Source: Octopus sinensis
Lineage: Eukaryota
NCBI RefSeq assembly: GCF_006345805.1
Contig: NC_043005.1
Coordinates: 80,600,001 to 80,664,000 of the forward strand
DNA: 64,000 nucleotides
Reading direction: 5' to 3'
Shown piece after piece: positions 29,410 to 42,350 of this stretch. The translations under genes were made by a program, and so were the position numbers. The notes beneath the pieces are model-generated. The model did not search any database. It worked only from the letters and a program-made list of their open reading frames with translations, and was not told the origin of the DNA. Every line of letters begins with the position of its first letter. Position 1 is the stretch's first letter.

Positions 29410-30544
29410 GGTGGGTGGGTGTATATGTTTGTGTGTCTGTGTTTGTCCCCCAACATCGCTTGATAACCGATGCTGGTGTGTTTACGTCCACGTAATTTAG
29501 CGGTTCGGCAAAAGAGATTGATAGAATAAGTACTAGGCTTACAATGAATAAGTCCTGGGGTGGATTTGCTCGACTAAAGGTGGTGCTCCAGCATGGCCGC
29601 AGTCAAATGACTGAAACAAGTCAAAAAGTAAAAGAGACCAGAGTCGATCTATTCGGCTAAAAATTCTTCAAGAAAGCGCCCCAGCATGGCCACAGTCTTC
29701 AGAAGCAGATGAATGTTAAAATATAAAAGATAGAATAGAATGGATTGAACAAACACTTACATAACACTACAACTTTTTCATCTTCATTTTACGGTCAGAT
29801 TACCGACGAACAAGTTATGTATAGTATTTATATTATTTACATTATCTACATTTGACGGATATTTGTCCTCATCTTGTTTTTGTTAACACAACGTTTTGGC
29901 TGATATAGCCTCCAACCCTCATCAGCTGTCTTGGGGAAATTTCGGACCTGGGTTCTCATTCATGAGGTAATTTTCGATGTTTTTGTTGTTATTATTATTA
30001 TTATTGAGTGACAGAGCAGTGCATGCCATCAAAGTGACATACGATGCCCAGTGTACCCATCATGACTACCCGTCTGATAAGGGTACACCAGGCACATGCA
30101 TCACAACCAAATGTGTTCGATATGGTGATCTCATATCAACATAAACAGCACAGACCTTGTAGGTGGGGCCCAGTTAGAATTATCTTCAGATAGAGTAGCC
30201 CATCCCACTCGAAAGGTCCCTGAATAAGGGTTGTTTAAGAATGTTGAACGAAACACCCATGTTTCCAGAGGCGAATTATTCAAACCCCAAAGAATACCTC
30301 TCAACACATGGCTGTGGTGCTCCCCCACGACTTCTGCTCGTGATCAGAGATGTACATATTGTCATCCAATAAGGGGCATGCTCGACTGGTTGAGGTCAAA
30401 CAACTGACAAGCAAATCTGTGTTATTGAGCAGAATATTTGCTGTACCTTATCTTTTATACCAACACAAAATAATTTACATGATAACACTTCCAATCAGTT
30501 AAGATCAGGAGCCATGAGAGCCAACGTCTGGTACTGCATCAGAC

Positions 30545-30596
<52 letters not shown>

Positions 30597-30599
<3 letters not shown>

Positions 30600-30822
30600 T
30601 AGTTTTATTTTTATAGCGTGCTTTCACTTCACTACCGAGCGCAGCTCAGTGTGCCTTGGGTATGTGCTGTGATTTGTTGTGATGCTCTGATGGTTATTGT
30701 ATGGACAGTGTTTCTGCGTAGGATGTGCAGTGCCTAGTAGTGCAATTTTCTGTGTGTTATATGTGTTTGTAAGTCCTGGTGTTTTTGTTATGTATTTGTC
30801 TGAATATTTTTTTATCATGCCT
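30597..30822 (-). mobile_element. 5'-truncated RLE-type (R4/Dong-like) LINE 3' end inserted in (TAA)n
   Basis: GMIKKYSDKYITKTPGLTNTYNTQKIALLGTAH matches the QKxALLGTAxILR C-terminus of R4/Dong ORFs; short 3' UTR; (ATT)n on both sides (30545-30596 and 30823-30873). Confidence 0.8.
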
Positions 30823-30873
30823 AATTATTATTATTATTATTATTATTATTTTATTATTATTATTATTTTATTA

Positions 30874-30973
30874 NNNNNNNNNNNNNNNNNNNNNNNNNNN
30901 NNNNNNNNNNNNNNNNNNNNNNNNNNNNNNNNNNNNNNNNNNNNNNNNNNNNNNNNNNNNNNNNNNNNNNNNN
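30874..30973. other. Assembly gap (100 N)
   Basis: A run of exactly 100 N after an (ATT)n tract; true length unknown. Confidence 0.99.
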
Positions 30974-31089
30974 AGGGTCCCAGGAACTCACTTTTCATCC
31001 TTTGCAGTAGTGTTACCCAAGAAAGTTGGTAACAGACTAACCTCAGAAGCAGTCAGATGACAAGAGATAAACTAACCATGTTTCCCAAT

Positions 31090-31330
31090 TCATGAAGTTT
31101 TTATGATAGAAGTGTAACTTGAACTGAACTGTTTTGCTCATTGTCGTGCAGTTTGCTTCGGATTTTCCTCGACTGTGTTTTTCAGAGTTCAATATTAACA
31201 GAACTTGGTCGTCCAAATCAAGTGTATTCTGTGAGAGATTATTTTTCCGAGTGAAACGGGCTTAATCATCAAAGGATTAACTGTTCGGACAGTTAAAATT
31301 TCATTTCCGAAGACAGGACAAATATTTTAT
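31090..31330 (-). mobile_element. Mariner N-terminal fragment
   Basis: Frameshifted FGRPSSVNIEL...KNTVEENPKQTARQ...LHELG resembles a mariner HTH linker. Confidence 0.5.
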
Positions 31331-31694
31331 GCCACTTCCATTGCTGAAGAGCCGTTTTTTGAAACCATACAGTATTCAGTGTTTGGTATGGATCTGATCT
31401 AAATTCATTTGGAAATGGGAACGTCGATAGATGCGAATTTAACCACATTGCAATTAAGTCAGCAAAGAAATGGGGGAAAATGTAAGAGAATGTAAGAGAA
31501 TGTGACAGAATGTAAGAGAAGTGGGATAGAGGAACAAAAAAAGCAGCAACGATGTGTTGGTAAGTTAAACGGAATGGTTGAAGGGCCAGAAAGAAATAGG
31601 GGATTCAAAGGTGCTAATTAAAAGAACGAGTACTGAAGTGTGAAAAACCTGTGTTTATGCGTATGTGTGCGTGTGAGTACGATTGATTGTGTGT

Positions 31695-32035
31695 AAAGAG
31701 TAGGTGAGTGTATGTGTATGCCTGTATACTGGTGTGAGCGTATGTCTGTTTCCAATATGTATGTATAAGTGAAGGTAAGGAGTAGCCAAAGGGGGAGAGG
31801 AACAAATGTATGAGTATTAATGCTGTGCATGTGTGTATGTGAGTGTGTGTGTATGTGTGAATACAAGTGATTGTGTGTGAAGGGTAGGTGAGTGTATGTG
31901 TATGCCTATATACTGGTGTGAGCGTATGTCTGTCTCCCATATGTATGTGTGAATGTATGTATTGTAAGTGAAGGTAAGGAATAGCCAAAGAGTAGAACAA
32001 ATGTATGAGTATTAATGCTGAGCATGTGTGTGTGT
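31695..32035. repeat. Diverged tandem duplication, period about 185 bp
   Basis: taggtgagtgtatgtgtatgcct.tatactggtgtgagcgtatgtctgt...gtatgagtattaatgctg occurs twice. Confidence 0.75.
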
Positions 32036-32560
32036 GTGGTGCGTGCGTGTTGCATCTGTAGTGAGTAGGTGGATGCAGGTTTGCGTTGTTTGCAAAACCA
32101 GTATGTATATGTATGTGTACGAAGGAGACAAGATGATTGGTGAATAGAGGTGTGTGTGTGTGTGTATATGTGTGTTGTGTGTGTGGTGTGTGTGGATGTC
32201 AAGAAAATAATACTGGTGATGTGTGTATGTAGATGTTGTATGAATGTGTGTAGGTTGTGCCTAAGTGTAAGAGTGAGAAGTTCTTTTAATCTGTTGATAT
32301 GATAAGGAACACAATCCTTCTGCGATGAGAATGCGTGCATAGAAATATACCCGGGGAGTTTATTTAGACTAAAATGACTTGTGTTTAGGTGTATTTGAAA
32401 CATTTTAATGCTACAGTGAACACACCACCACCACCACCATTATCATCATCATCAACATCATCATCAACATCATCATCATCATCACCACCATCATTACCAT
32501 CATCACCATCATCACCACCATTATCACCACCACCATCACCACCATCACCATCACCATCAC

Positions 32561-32613
<53 letters not shown>

Positions 32614-32635
32614 ACAACAACATCTTCCTCATCAT

Positions 32636-32830
32636 TTAACGTTTGTTTTCCATGCTGGTATTAGTCGTTCAGTTTGACAGGTATTTTGGCAAACTAGAGA
32701 GATGCATCCAGGCTCCATTGTCTGCTTTGGCATGATTTGTACGCTTGGATGCCCTTCTTAACATCCAACCATTTTGCAAAGTGTGCTGGGTGCTTTTTAC
32801 GTGGCACCAACAACAGCGGGATCACCAAGT
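32636..32830 (-). mobile_element. RTE-type 3'-tail relic with (GAT)n tail
   Basis: ggatgcccttcttaacatccaacc motif resembles RTE-related 3' ends; adjoins the (CAT)n tract at 32420-32635. Confidence 0.45.
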
Positions 32831-33359
32831 AAGACTTCTCTGGCAAGAACAAGATTCTTCCGCTTAGTGAGAGAGGGTGAATGGAAATGAGGGAAATGGC
32901 TGGTTGTGTGCCAGTTGAAAGATTGGAGTATAATAAAGGGATAGAAATAATTGTTTTACTCTGGATGAGATACTTGGCTTTGCCAGTAGGACAAGCAAGG
33001 AGAGGAAGAGAGAAAGATAGAGAGACAGTTAGAGTGAGGGAGAAAACAGAAATAGATGGTGTTGGAGGTGCATGCATCTGGGCCTACCAACAGGGAAGAG
33101 CGGAGTGGTGGGGAGTATACGTAGTAGAGGAGATAGAGAGTATGTACCAGAAGAATATCTGGGGAAATGTTTAGGGATTCGTAATGGTGACTGCAAGTGA
33201 TGGTGAGAAGTATTGGAATGACTGGGAGGGAGGTTGATAGCTATGTGAGGGCATGGAGAGTGTGCGGATAGACATGTGAGGGAGAGTGGAGTGGCCTGCA
33301 GCAGGTGGCTATCATGGGTGGTGATCATGCGTGGTGTTGGGAATATGGGACACGTAACA

Positions 33360-34095
33360 GTTTTGACAGTGGTGGTGATAGTTCTGGTGTTGGTGCTAGT
33401 GGTGCCAGTAGGGCTGGTGGTACTAGTAATGTTGGTGGTGTTGGCGGTGCTACTGGTGCTGGTGGTGTTGGTGGTACTAGTGGTGCTCGTGGTGCTAGTG
33501 GTGGTGGTGGTGGTGGTGCTAGTAGGGCTTATGGTGTTGGTGGTGTTTTTGGTGCTAGTTGTGATTGTGGTGCTGGCTATGCTAGTGGTGTTCATGGTGC
33601 TAGTGGTGCTAGTGGTCCTGGTGGTGACAGTGGTGCGCGTGGTGTTGGTGATGCTAGTGGTGCTAGTAGTGCTGGTGGTTTTGGTGGTGCCAGTGGTACT
33701 GGTGGTGCTAGTGGTACTGATGGTGCTAGTGGTACTGGTGTTGCTAGTGGTGGTGGTGGTGGTGCTAGTGGTGGTGGTGGTGTTGGTGGTGCTAGTGGTG
33801 CTGGTGGTGCTTGTGGTTTTGGTGGTGCTAGTGGTGCTAGTGGTACTAGTCGTGGTGGTGGGGGTGTCGGTGGTGCTAGTGGTGTTGGTGGTGCTAGTGG
33901 TGCTGGTGGTTTTGGTGGTGCTAATGGTGCTCGTGGTGCTAATGGTGCTTGTGCTGCTAGTGGTGGTGGTGGTGGTGGTGGTGGTGGTGGGGTGGTAGTG
34001 GTGGTGGTGCTAGTGGTGGTGGTGGTGGTGGTGGTGGTGCTAGTGGTGGTGGTGCTAGTGGTGGTGTTGGTGTTGGTGGTGTTAGTGGTGCTGTA
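33360..34095. repeat. Degenerate (GGT/GCT/AGT)n trinucleotide region
   Basis: Triplets almost all end in T; several frames on both strands are open. Confidence 0.8.
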
Positions 34096-34784
34096 TTTAT
34101 GCTGAATTGACATGCTGCAGGTGAAAGCAACGAGATTAAAAACCATAACTCGGAAAACTAAAACGGAGAGAAATGAAAAAAAAAAAGATTTTAAAAAATA
34201 AAACGCAAGAAAGAAAAAGAGACTGTTCTAGAACAGAACAGAAAAACAGAAAGGAAAATCACGGAACTAAATCAAATAAGAGTAAAACGAACGTAATTGT
34301 ATCTACCTGAAAACGGAAAAACTAAATGTTAATTTGTGGCTACAGAAAACATAATAAAAACTAGAAGTCGCAACCAGTCAATTTTGCACGCAAGCTTTCG
34401 GACTTATTTTCAACATTATTTATCCGGTCTGATGACTAAAACGATAACCGGAAGCTAACATTACTCTCGCCATCTTTCATAGCCTGAAACTAGTACGTCG
34501 TAGTTTTCCTGTTTGTTTTCATGAATTTTCCCCTCTTTTTATTTTTGGCTTTTATCTATTTATTTGTTTGTTTGTTTGATTGTTTGTTTGTTTGTTTATA
34601 TGTTTATTTCGTGTGTTCCTTCCTTCTTTTAGAAAGTATGATCTAGCAATTTGCTCTGTAATATGAAAGTTTATAAATGCTCCTAATAAAATTACTTAGC
34701 AAAGGTCATTCTGGACCCATTCAACTAGAAGACCTTGTATTAAGAATAAAATTATATATCTACACGCACACATATACATGCCTA

Positions 34785-34843
<59 letters not shown>

Positions 34844-34999
34844 AGGTGTGTGTGAGTGCGTCTGTGTGCGTATATATATATATATATATTATTATTATTA
34901 TTATTATATATCTATGTAAATGTATATATACACACATATTTGAATATATATGTATATATGTATACGTGTATGTTCCTATGTATATATATATATATATAC

Positions 35000-35046
<47 letters not shown>

Positions 35047-35419
35047 ATATATATATACATACATATATACATATGTATGCATGTATGTATGTAAGTATGT
35101 AAGTATACATGTATGCATATAAGTATATGTATATATTGTGACATAAAGAGATAGAAGGACTTAATAGATTTTAGTTGGCCAAATTGATTTCTTTTGACAA
35201 AGCATACATTTAGTTATTCCAGGTGAACATTACAATGAAGTAGTTATACTTTGGCTAGTCAAATACTTATACTTTTAAAGTGTCTGTGTATGTGTGCATG
35301 TGTATACATACATAAATATATACACGCACATATATACATTCGTGCATACATATATATTCGTACATAGAAGCATACGTGAGTCTAAGATGACTATACTGAG
35401 ACTGATGGCGGAAAGAATA

Positions 35420-35800
35420 TTGATGGAAACAAAGAGAGCCGTGACGTTAAAATACAACCGGATAGATATTACTGTGTTGGGCCACAAGGATAAGATCTGC
35501 TCTGCTGTGGAAATCAGATGCCCTGTAGACACCAATATGGGTAGAAAACTATAAAAGAAAGAAGACATCTGTTGACCATTGATGAGGAGTTTACAAATAT
35601 TCTACCCATGATGCACTTTCAGGTTCATACTTATTAGTGAAGTAACAGGTTACATACCAACCTAAGTGGAGATAAGTATGGCTGAATTTGGGATTTGAGG
35701 TAAGAATGCGAACCCTTAATTCATACACCAAAAATTATTACGATATCCGGAGCTGTAAGAATTTGCAAGACCTTCTTAATATTTAAAGGAAGATGAACAA
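35420..35800 (+). mobile_element. RLE endonuclease-domain relic (non-LTR retrotransposon)
   Basis: YNRIDITV...KICSAVEIRCPVDTN...KEDIC*PLMRSLQIFYP...GYIP. Confidence 0.6.
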
Positions 35801-36059
35801 AGCAAGATGCTTTCCTTCACAGTATTGCTACCAACTAGGTCGCAAGTCAAAATTTATTCTAAATTAAAATGAGAAACAGAGGATACAGATATACATACGT
35901 ACACACACATACATACATACGTACACACACATACATACATACTACATACATACATACATACATACATACATACATACATACATACATACATACACACGTA
36001 TATACGTACATACACACATATGTATATATATATATAATATATATATATATTATATACAT

Positions 36060-36327
36060 ATACATATTGGCCTGCTCGCTTAGCCAGCGGAGTGGCGTCA
36101 TTTGAAGGATAAAACAATGCGAAGCGCATTGTGACCAGCGATGAGTAGCAACATCTGGTAGTCTGGTCGGTCACGGTGATCACGGTGATATATATACATA
36201 TACATATTGGCCTGCTCGCTTAGCCAGCGGAGTGGCGTCATTTGAAGGATAAAACAATGCGAAGCGCATTGTGACCAGCGATGAGTAGCAACATCTGGTA
36301 GTCTGGTCGGTCACGGTGATCACGGTG

Positions 36328-36330
<3 letters not shown>
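36060..36330. repeat. Perfect 140-bp tandem duplication between (TA)/(CATA) tracts
   Basis: tattggcctgctcgcttagccagcgg...cacggtgatcacggtgata occurs at 36065 and again at 36205. Confidence 0.9.
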
Positions 36331-36378
<48 letters not shown>

Positions 36379-36602
36379 AATTGAGATAGGGGTTGTAAAT
36401 ACAACCCTCCATGGTATAACATATATCCAATATACTGCTAGTGAAGTACCCAACAAAGTTAATACATAAATGTTAATGATTGCGATGCAATCAATTCATT
36501 TACTGTATTATATGGGCAAAGGTAAAATGATTTACCACAAATTACTAATACAAGATAAGAAAATGGAGAAATACATCTAAATCAAATATCAAGTACCAGA
36601 TA

Positions 36603-37840
36603 CATTCACATAGACGTGACAGACGTAAATAGACACCCTTATAATCATTAAAATTTATTTAACTCTGAAATTATATATTCAAATTATTTCAAATTATTTA
36701 TTCATTGTTATTATTTGAATATGTTATATTTAGTAGACATGCCCTTTGTATTTTTCAATGCAAGGATCCTATGAGGCATGTTACTGATGAGATGACGTAT
36801 ATTCTCTTGTGGAATTTCTTACCAAAGTTCATGTAGTAATCTCAAAAGATCTGCTTTGAAGATGCATTGCTGTTCTTTTTATGAAGTGTCCTGTCCATTA
36901 TGTACCTGAAGTGTTCAACAGAGTTCATATTTGGTGACTGGTTTGGCCATGGAAGCTTTTTAATGCCATTCTCCTCCGACAAATTTTGGGTTATTTTAGC
37001 TCTGTAACAAGGAAGCCCAGCTTACATAAACAAAGAGTCTTCTTTATTCATTTCATCACTGGAAAGAATTGGAAGGAGTCTTTTATGCAATATGGAAACA
37101 TATTTATCTGAGTTCGTGTTTCCCTCACACTCCACCAGCCCTGATCAACTATTGCACCAAATTGCTCCCGAGACCATCGCAGAATAGCTGCCATGTTTCA
37201 TAGCTGATTGCAATCTGTTCACATAAAATTCTTGATCGCAGAGTCTCCAGACCAATATTTATCCACTGTCGGAAAATACAGCAAATCTGGACTCATCAGA
37301 GAATATAACACTGTCCCAAAATGCTAGTGGTCTCTCTACTGGCCCAATATTTCCTCCGTTTGATGTTGGCTGGTCGAAGAACTGACTTCCTTCTTGCTGT
37401 ACTGTCATAGTAACCAAGTTTGTGGAGATACCTGATAGCTGTCTGAGACTGACATCAATTTGTTCTGCTATGTCAGAGGACTTGCAACGCAGATTATCCT
37501 CCACACTACCCTTAACAAAGAGAAGGGTCTTGTCAGAGGACCCTGGTTGACCTGGGCGAAGTGATGTGGACTCCTTCTCGCTTGTGAATTGCACAATCAC
37601 TCTATTAACTGTAGGAATCGGGATCCCAAGTTTTCTGCGATTTTATGCTGACTATGTCCACCTTCAGAATTACCCACTATACGGTCCGTTTGAAATTTAG
37701 ACAGTTCCAAGGCTTCTTTTGTCACATATAGAACCTGAAACATTAAAATGTAACTTAATAAAAAATATAAATATTTACAAGTTAGAATAAGCATAAAATG
37801 ATGTTTTATGAGGTATCTATTTATTTCTGTCATTTCTGTG
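36603..37840 (-). mobile_element. Decayed Tc1 (DD34E) transposon
   Basis: Degenerate TIRs cacatagacgtgacagacgtaaatagacacc / ggtatctatttatttctgtcatttctgtg. Relics [13 protein letters not shown] and LPWPNQSPNMNSVEH with 34-residue spacing; multiple stops. Confidence 0.82.
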
Positions 37841-37959
37841 TATATATAAATAAATATATTGTTATTATTAATAAATAATAACAACAATATAAGCGGCCAG
37901 CATGCAATAAAGCCAAAAAGGCAAATTTATAAATTTATAATTAATTATTAATTATAAGT

Positions 37960-38095
37960 GAGGGTACACGAAGTAGTAGCATTGCTAGAAATACAACCGA
38001 TTTTCGTGAACCTGTTGTAGTTTCAGTGAAATGGTGGCTTATTTGAGCATTTTTCAACTCTTATTTCTAGCAACGCTGGTACTTCGTCTACCCTC
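37960..38095. mobile_element. Small MITE (about 34-bp imperfect TIRs)
   Basis: gagggtacacgaagtagtagcattgctagaaata ... tatttctagcaacgctggtacttcgtctaccctc. Confidence 0.65.
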
Positions 38096-38113
38096 GGTTA
38101 TAATTAATGATTA

Positions 38114-38171
<58 letters not shown>

Positions 38172-39129
38172 TACATATATAGATAGAGAGAGAGATGTGT
38201 GTGTATGTGTGTAAGTATAATTGTGTGTGAGTGTGTGTGTGTGTGCGTGTGTGTTTGTTTGTGTGTGTGTGTGTGTGTTTGTGTGTGTGTGGCGTGGTAT
38301 GATTATGAAGTCTGTGTCACTAAGATTTGGTTCTGCGTTCGATTCCACTCTACCGCACCTGATATATAAGACACCTATGGTAGCCTCGATTCATCGTAAA
38401 TGGTATTTGGTAGGCGTTTGAGACTCCTTCAATGCTTGTCATATCATTTAGAAGTTTAGCCCTAGGTTAACGATGATCATGTAAGACATTTGTTCAACGA
38501 CATTCCAGCCATGATCATCTCATATTTCTTTCACAAAGGTATTTTAGTTTTGGTTGATGCATTTATTGAAACTAGAAAAAAAACCCTCCCTAGTCAGGAC
38601 GCTAGTTTTGCTTTTTACATCTATATATATTATTGTTTTTTATTATTCCTAAAGGTTCTGAATAGAGCGGCAAAATAATTATTGGTTTCAAATTTTTGCA
38701 CGAGACCAGCAATCAGTGTTTGATGCATTGATGAACAGACAACAACGTTGGAGAGCATAAAGTTTAAAGTTGTAGTTCAGAAAAAGTTAGCTGATGTGGA
38801 GGAATGGAAGCCATTTAAATATTGGTTTTAAATTTTGGCACAGGTGCTGCAATTTCGGAGAAGGTAAGTCGATTATATCGATCCCCATGCTTAAATGGTT
38901 TTTATTTGATACATCCTCAAAGGATGAAAGGCAAAGTCGACCTCGGTGGTATTTGAACTGAAAATACAAAGACGGACGAAATGCCGCTAAGCACTTAGCC
39001 CGGCGTGCTAACGAATCTGTCAGCCTTTCGTTTTAAACATCTTATCTATTACGGAGATCTACTTGCATAGCAAGTGACCTGATCTGAGATCGTGCGCTGG
39101 AACGAAAACAGTTGCAACGTGGAAGGTGT

Positions 39130-39371
39130 TTATAAGCAATTTAAGAAACACAAAAACCGTTAGATTCACTTCAACATTTAAATTTAATTTGTCAAAATAT
39201 TTTCGTCGCTTTGAGACCGCGACCTGTTCACTGACAAAATTCAATGCAGCACAGAATTTTGTCAGTGAACAGGTCGCAGTCTCCTCATAGCGACGAAAAT
39301 ATTTTGGCAAACTAAATTTAAATGTTGAACGGAATCTAACGGTTTTTGTGTGTTTCTTAAATGGCCTATAA
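39130..39371. repeat. Long inverted repeat, about 115-bp arms with an 11-nt spacer
   Basis: ...cctgttcactgacaaaattc AATGCAGCACA gaattttgtcagtgaacagg...; arms extend to ttataagcaatttaagaaacac / gtgtttcttaaatggcctataa. Confidence 0.9.
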
Positions 39372-39974
39372 GCTTATCTATTAAAAGTGTCAAACTCTTT
39401 TGCGTATCTCGAAATACATTAACCAAGACATTGACTGACATTCATATAAGGTAGGTTGAGGGTGCATATACAGGTCATTAGGGTGTTGCTCTCAATTTTT
39501 GGAAGATCGGGGTTTCAATTCCTGAACTGGTGGTGCAATATCATTTTGAGCAAAAGCACTTCATCTCACGTTACCCTTCGATTACTTCGACATCTGACGT
39601 GTGGGACAGCATGCACCTGTTCAGGCGAAATCGCTTTGATAGAAGGAGTGAATTAATGTATAGAACCTACATGTGATCCCTGTAAACAAATCATTTGTGT
39701 AGAACGTTCAGTAAGAGATTTTAGAACCATATTTGCCGGACTACGACAAACTACAAACATATTCGACGGCGAGTTGGCGGATTTGTAATTTTTCACTATT
39801 ACATTTGTCACGTGAGACATGTGCATAATAAATAAGCAGTTCCCAGTAAAGGACACGGAGGCAGGGATGGAGTGGGGTAGGAAAAATATAAAACAATACA
39901 TTTGGTGAGAGAAAAAAATTCCTTCACAAAAAGAAACAGTAAACTAGTTCTTTGCCCTTTGCCCTCTCCATGAG

Positions 39975-40320
39975 AAAGCTGCAACATAACCGACCAGATG
40001 TCACTCTACCACTGAAGGAGTCCACAGAATAGACCTGCATCGACGTAATTATATATTCAGTCCAAAATAGGGTTATGACAGGACGAGAACGTCGGGAAGT
40101 ACCAGGACTTAAGACAGGAAGTGAGAAGAGTACACTAAACCTCAAAAGAAAGTCTGGTACCTATTGTGATCCGTGCACGGTGGACGATCTCAAAAAGAGC
40201 AATAATCTGGCAACGAAAGGCTGCAGATATTAAACTTCTTAGGACGTTGGTAGCATTATTTGAAACAGCACATGTGTAGAGAAAAGTATGGCGTCCCTGA
40301 GTAGCAGGATGGAACTGAGA
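39975..40320 (+). mobile_element. RLE endonuclease-domain relic (R4/Dong-like LINE)
   Basis: Frameshifted HNRPDVT...CIDV...KYQDLRQEVRRVH...LVPIVI, resembling the PD-(D/E)xK restriction-like endonuclease domain. Confidence 0.7.
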
Positions 40321-40364
40321 CGTGACAAAAACATATAAAAAGCAGAAGTGAATTAAAATATATA

Positions 40365-40765
40365 TTTCTTTATTGCCCACAAGGGGCTAAACATAGAGGG
40401 GACAAACAAGGCCAAAGGGATTAAGTCGATTACATCGACCCCAGTGCGTAGCTAGTACTTTATTTATCGACCCCGAAAGGATGAAAGACAAAGTCGACCT
40501 CGGCGGAATTTGAACTCAGAACGTAACGACAGACGAAATATCTATTTCTTTACTACCCACAAGGGGCTAAACATAGAGGGGACAGACAAACGGATTAAGT
40601 CGATTATATCGACCCCAGTGCGTAAGTGGTACTTAATTTATCGACCCCGAAAGGATGAAAGGCAAATTCGACCTCGGTGGAATTTGAACTCAGAACGTAA
40701 CGGCAGACGAAATACGGCTACGCATTTCGCCCGGCGTGCTAACGTTTCTGCCAGCTCGCCGCCTT
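40365..40765 (-). mobile_element. SINE-A, head plus two body units
   Basis: Sequence match to family A. Confidence 0.9.
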
Positions 40766-41482
40766 CCGTGAATTAAACTATAAATAACCTTTTCTACTTT
40801 AGGCACAAGGCCTGAAAATTTTGAAGGGATAAGGTGAGTCGATTACATCGACTACCAGTGGTCAGCTGGCATTTATTTTATCTACCGCAAAAAGGCGAAA
40901 GGCGAAGTCCATCTCGGTTGGTTTTTGAACTGAAAACATAAAGATCCGTAAGAAATGCCGTTACGATATTTTGTCTGGAGCTTTATTCTACCAACTGATC
41001 GCCTTTCAAATCACTTTCCTAATTTCTCTAATATCGACATAACGAAACCTTTTACTTAAAAACTAAATCTGCTTATAATGGCTGCCTTAGTGTGATATGT
41101 TTCGCTTGTATCTGTCGCCATTATATATATTCACATTCAAGCAAACATGGCGTTTTCGCATTTTGCTTTAAATTATTTAATTCTACGCATATTCTTTATT
41201 TCGTGCAAGTCACATTTTATACTCGCGTCATATTGTAGCAAGAAAATGGATGCAGGCACTGCGAATCCAATATATTTCATACAAAATTTCGTAATCCTAC
41301 AAAAAAGCTGTGTAATCAGCATACAAACATTTGGAAAGTGTTATTTTACTAGAGTTTTTCCTTTAGTTTCTTTTTTATTAATATTATTATTATGAGGTTA
41401 AATCCACTAGGCCACTCTGCCGCTATGGAGCACGCCTTCCCATAAACAGGTTTATATATATATATATGTATATGTATATATA

Positions 41483-41555
<73 letters not shown>

Positions 41556-41600
41556 GTATATATATATATTAATATATATATATATATAATATATATATAT

Positions 41601-41634
<34 letters not shown>

Positions 41635-41797
41635 ATATGTGTGTGTATTATATATATATATATATAAACAAATATATAAGCACAATATATATATAGACAT
41701 ATATATATGTATTTGTATACGTATACATACATTCACACAAACATACATATAATATGGGAATGTTTGTTTGTTTGTTTGTATGTGTGTGCGTGTGTGC

Positions 41798-41838
<41 letters not shown>

Positions 41839-42069
41839 GTTGTTAATACTCTGTCTAAGTTCTCTTGAAGCATTAATGTTAAACGTAAGCTAATATACCA
41901 AGAAATCAAGAAATGTAGAAAGCAGTAAGATTTCCTTACGTGATTTAGGATAATACTCTCGATCCATTATCGGTAATGGAGACAGAAATTTTCCTCGCAA
42001 CAATTCAAATGTTTAGAGGCAAAAGGAATTTTGTCTTGTTTTTTTTTTCCTGATTTTTTTATAATGGTT

Positions 42070-42320
42070 TGATCCACTGGAAGAGACTCTGTCAATAGCT
42101 TGCTCAGACCTTTCGAGATTGTTAGGTTTTTGACATCGGCAATGTTAATTTCTATCTTAAACAGTTACAAGAAAACCATAGGTACTGACAGAATTCCAGA
42201 GGGTTCAGATTCTGTGGAGAAAGGAGTGGTCGTTGTGGTTAATGAGGTGTTTAGGATGATGGGGGCCAAAAAAAATGTAATGATATTTCTGCACGAGATT
42301 CATGAATACTGGATGTTCTG
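42070..42320 (-). mobile_element. Probable L2/CR1-like LINE 3'-terminal relic
   Basis: Degenerate HSFL...TLWNS...LFKIEIN-like coding remnant on the minus strand. Confidence 0.4.
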
Positions 42321-42350
42321 ACTAAATTTGAAGGTATTTTCTTTACTTCT

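Noticed and set aside
34380-34510. Possible promoter-like unique segment with a CCGGAAG (ETS-like) site
   Set aside because: A single short motif with no linked gene start.
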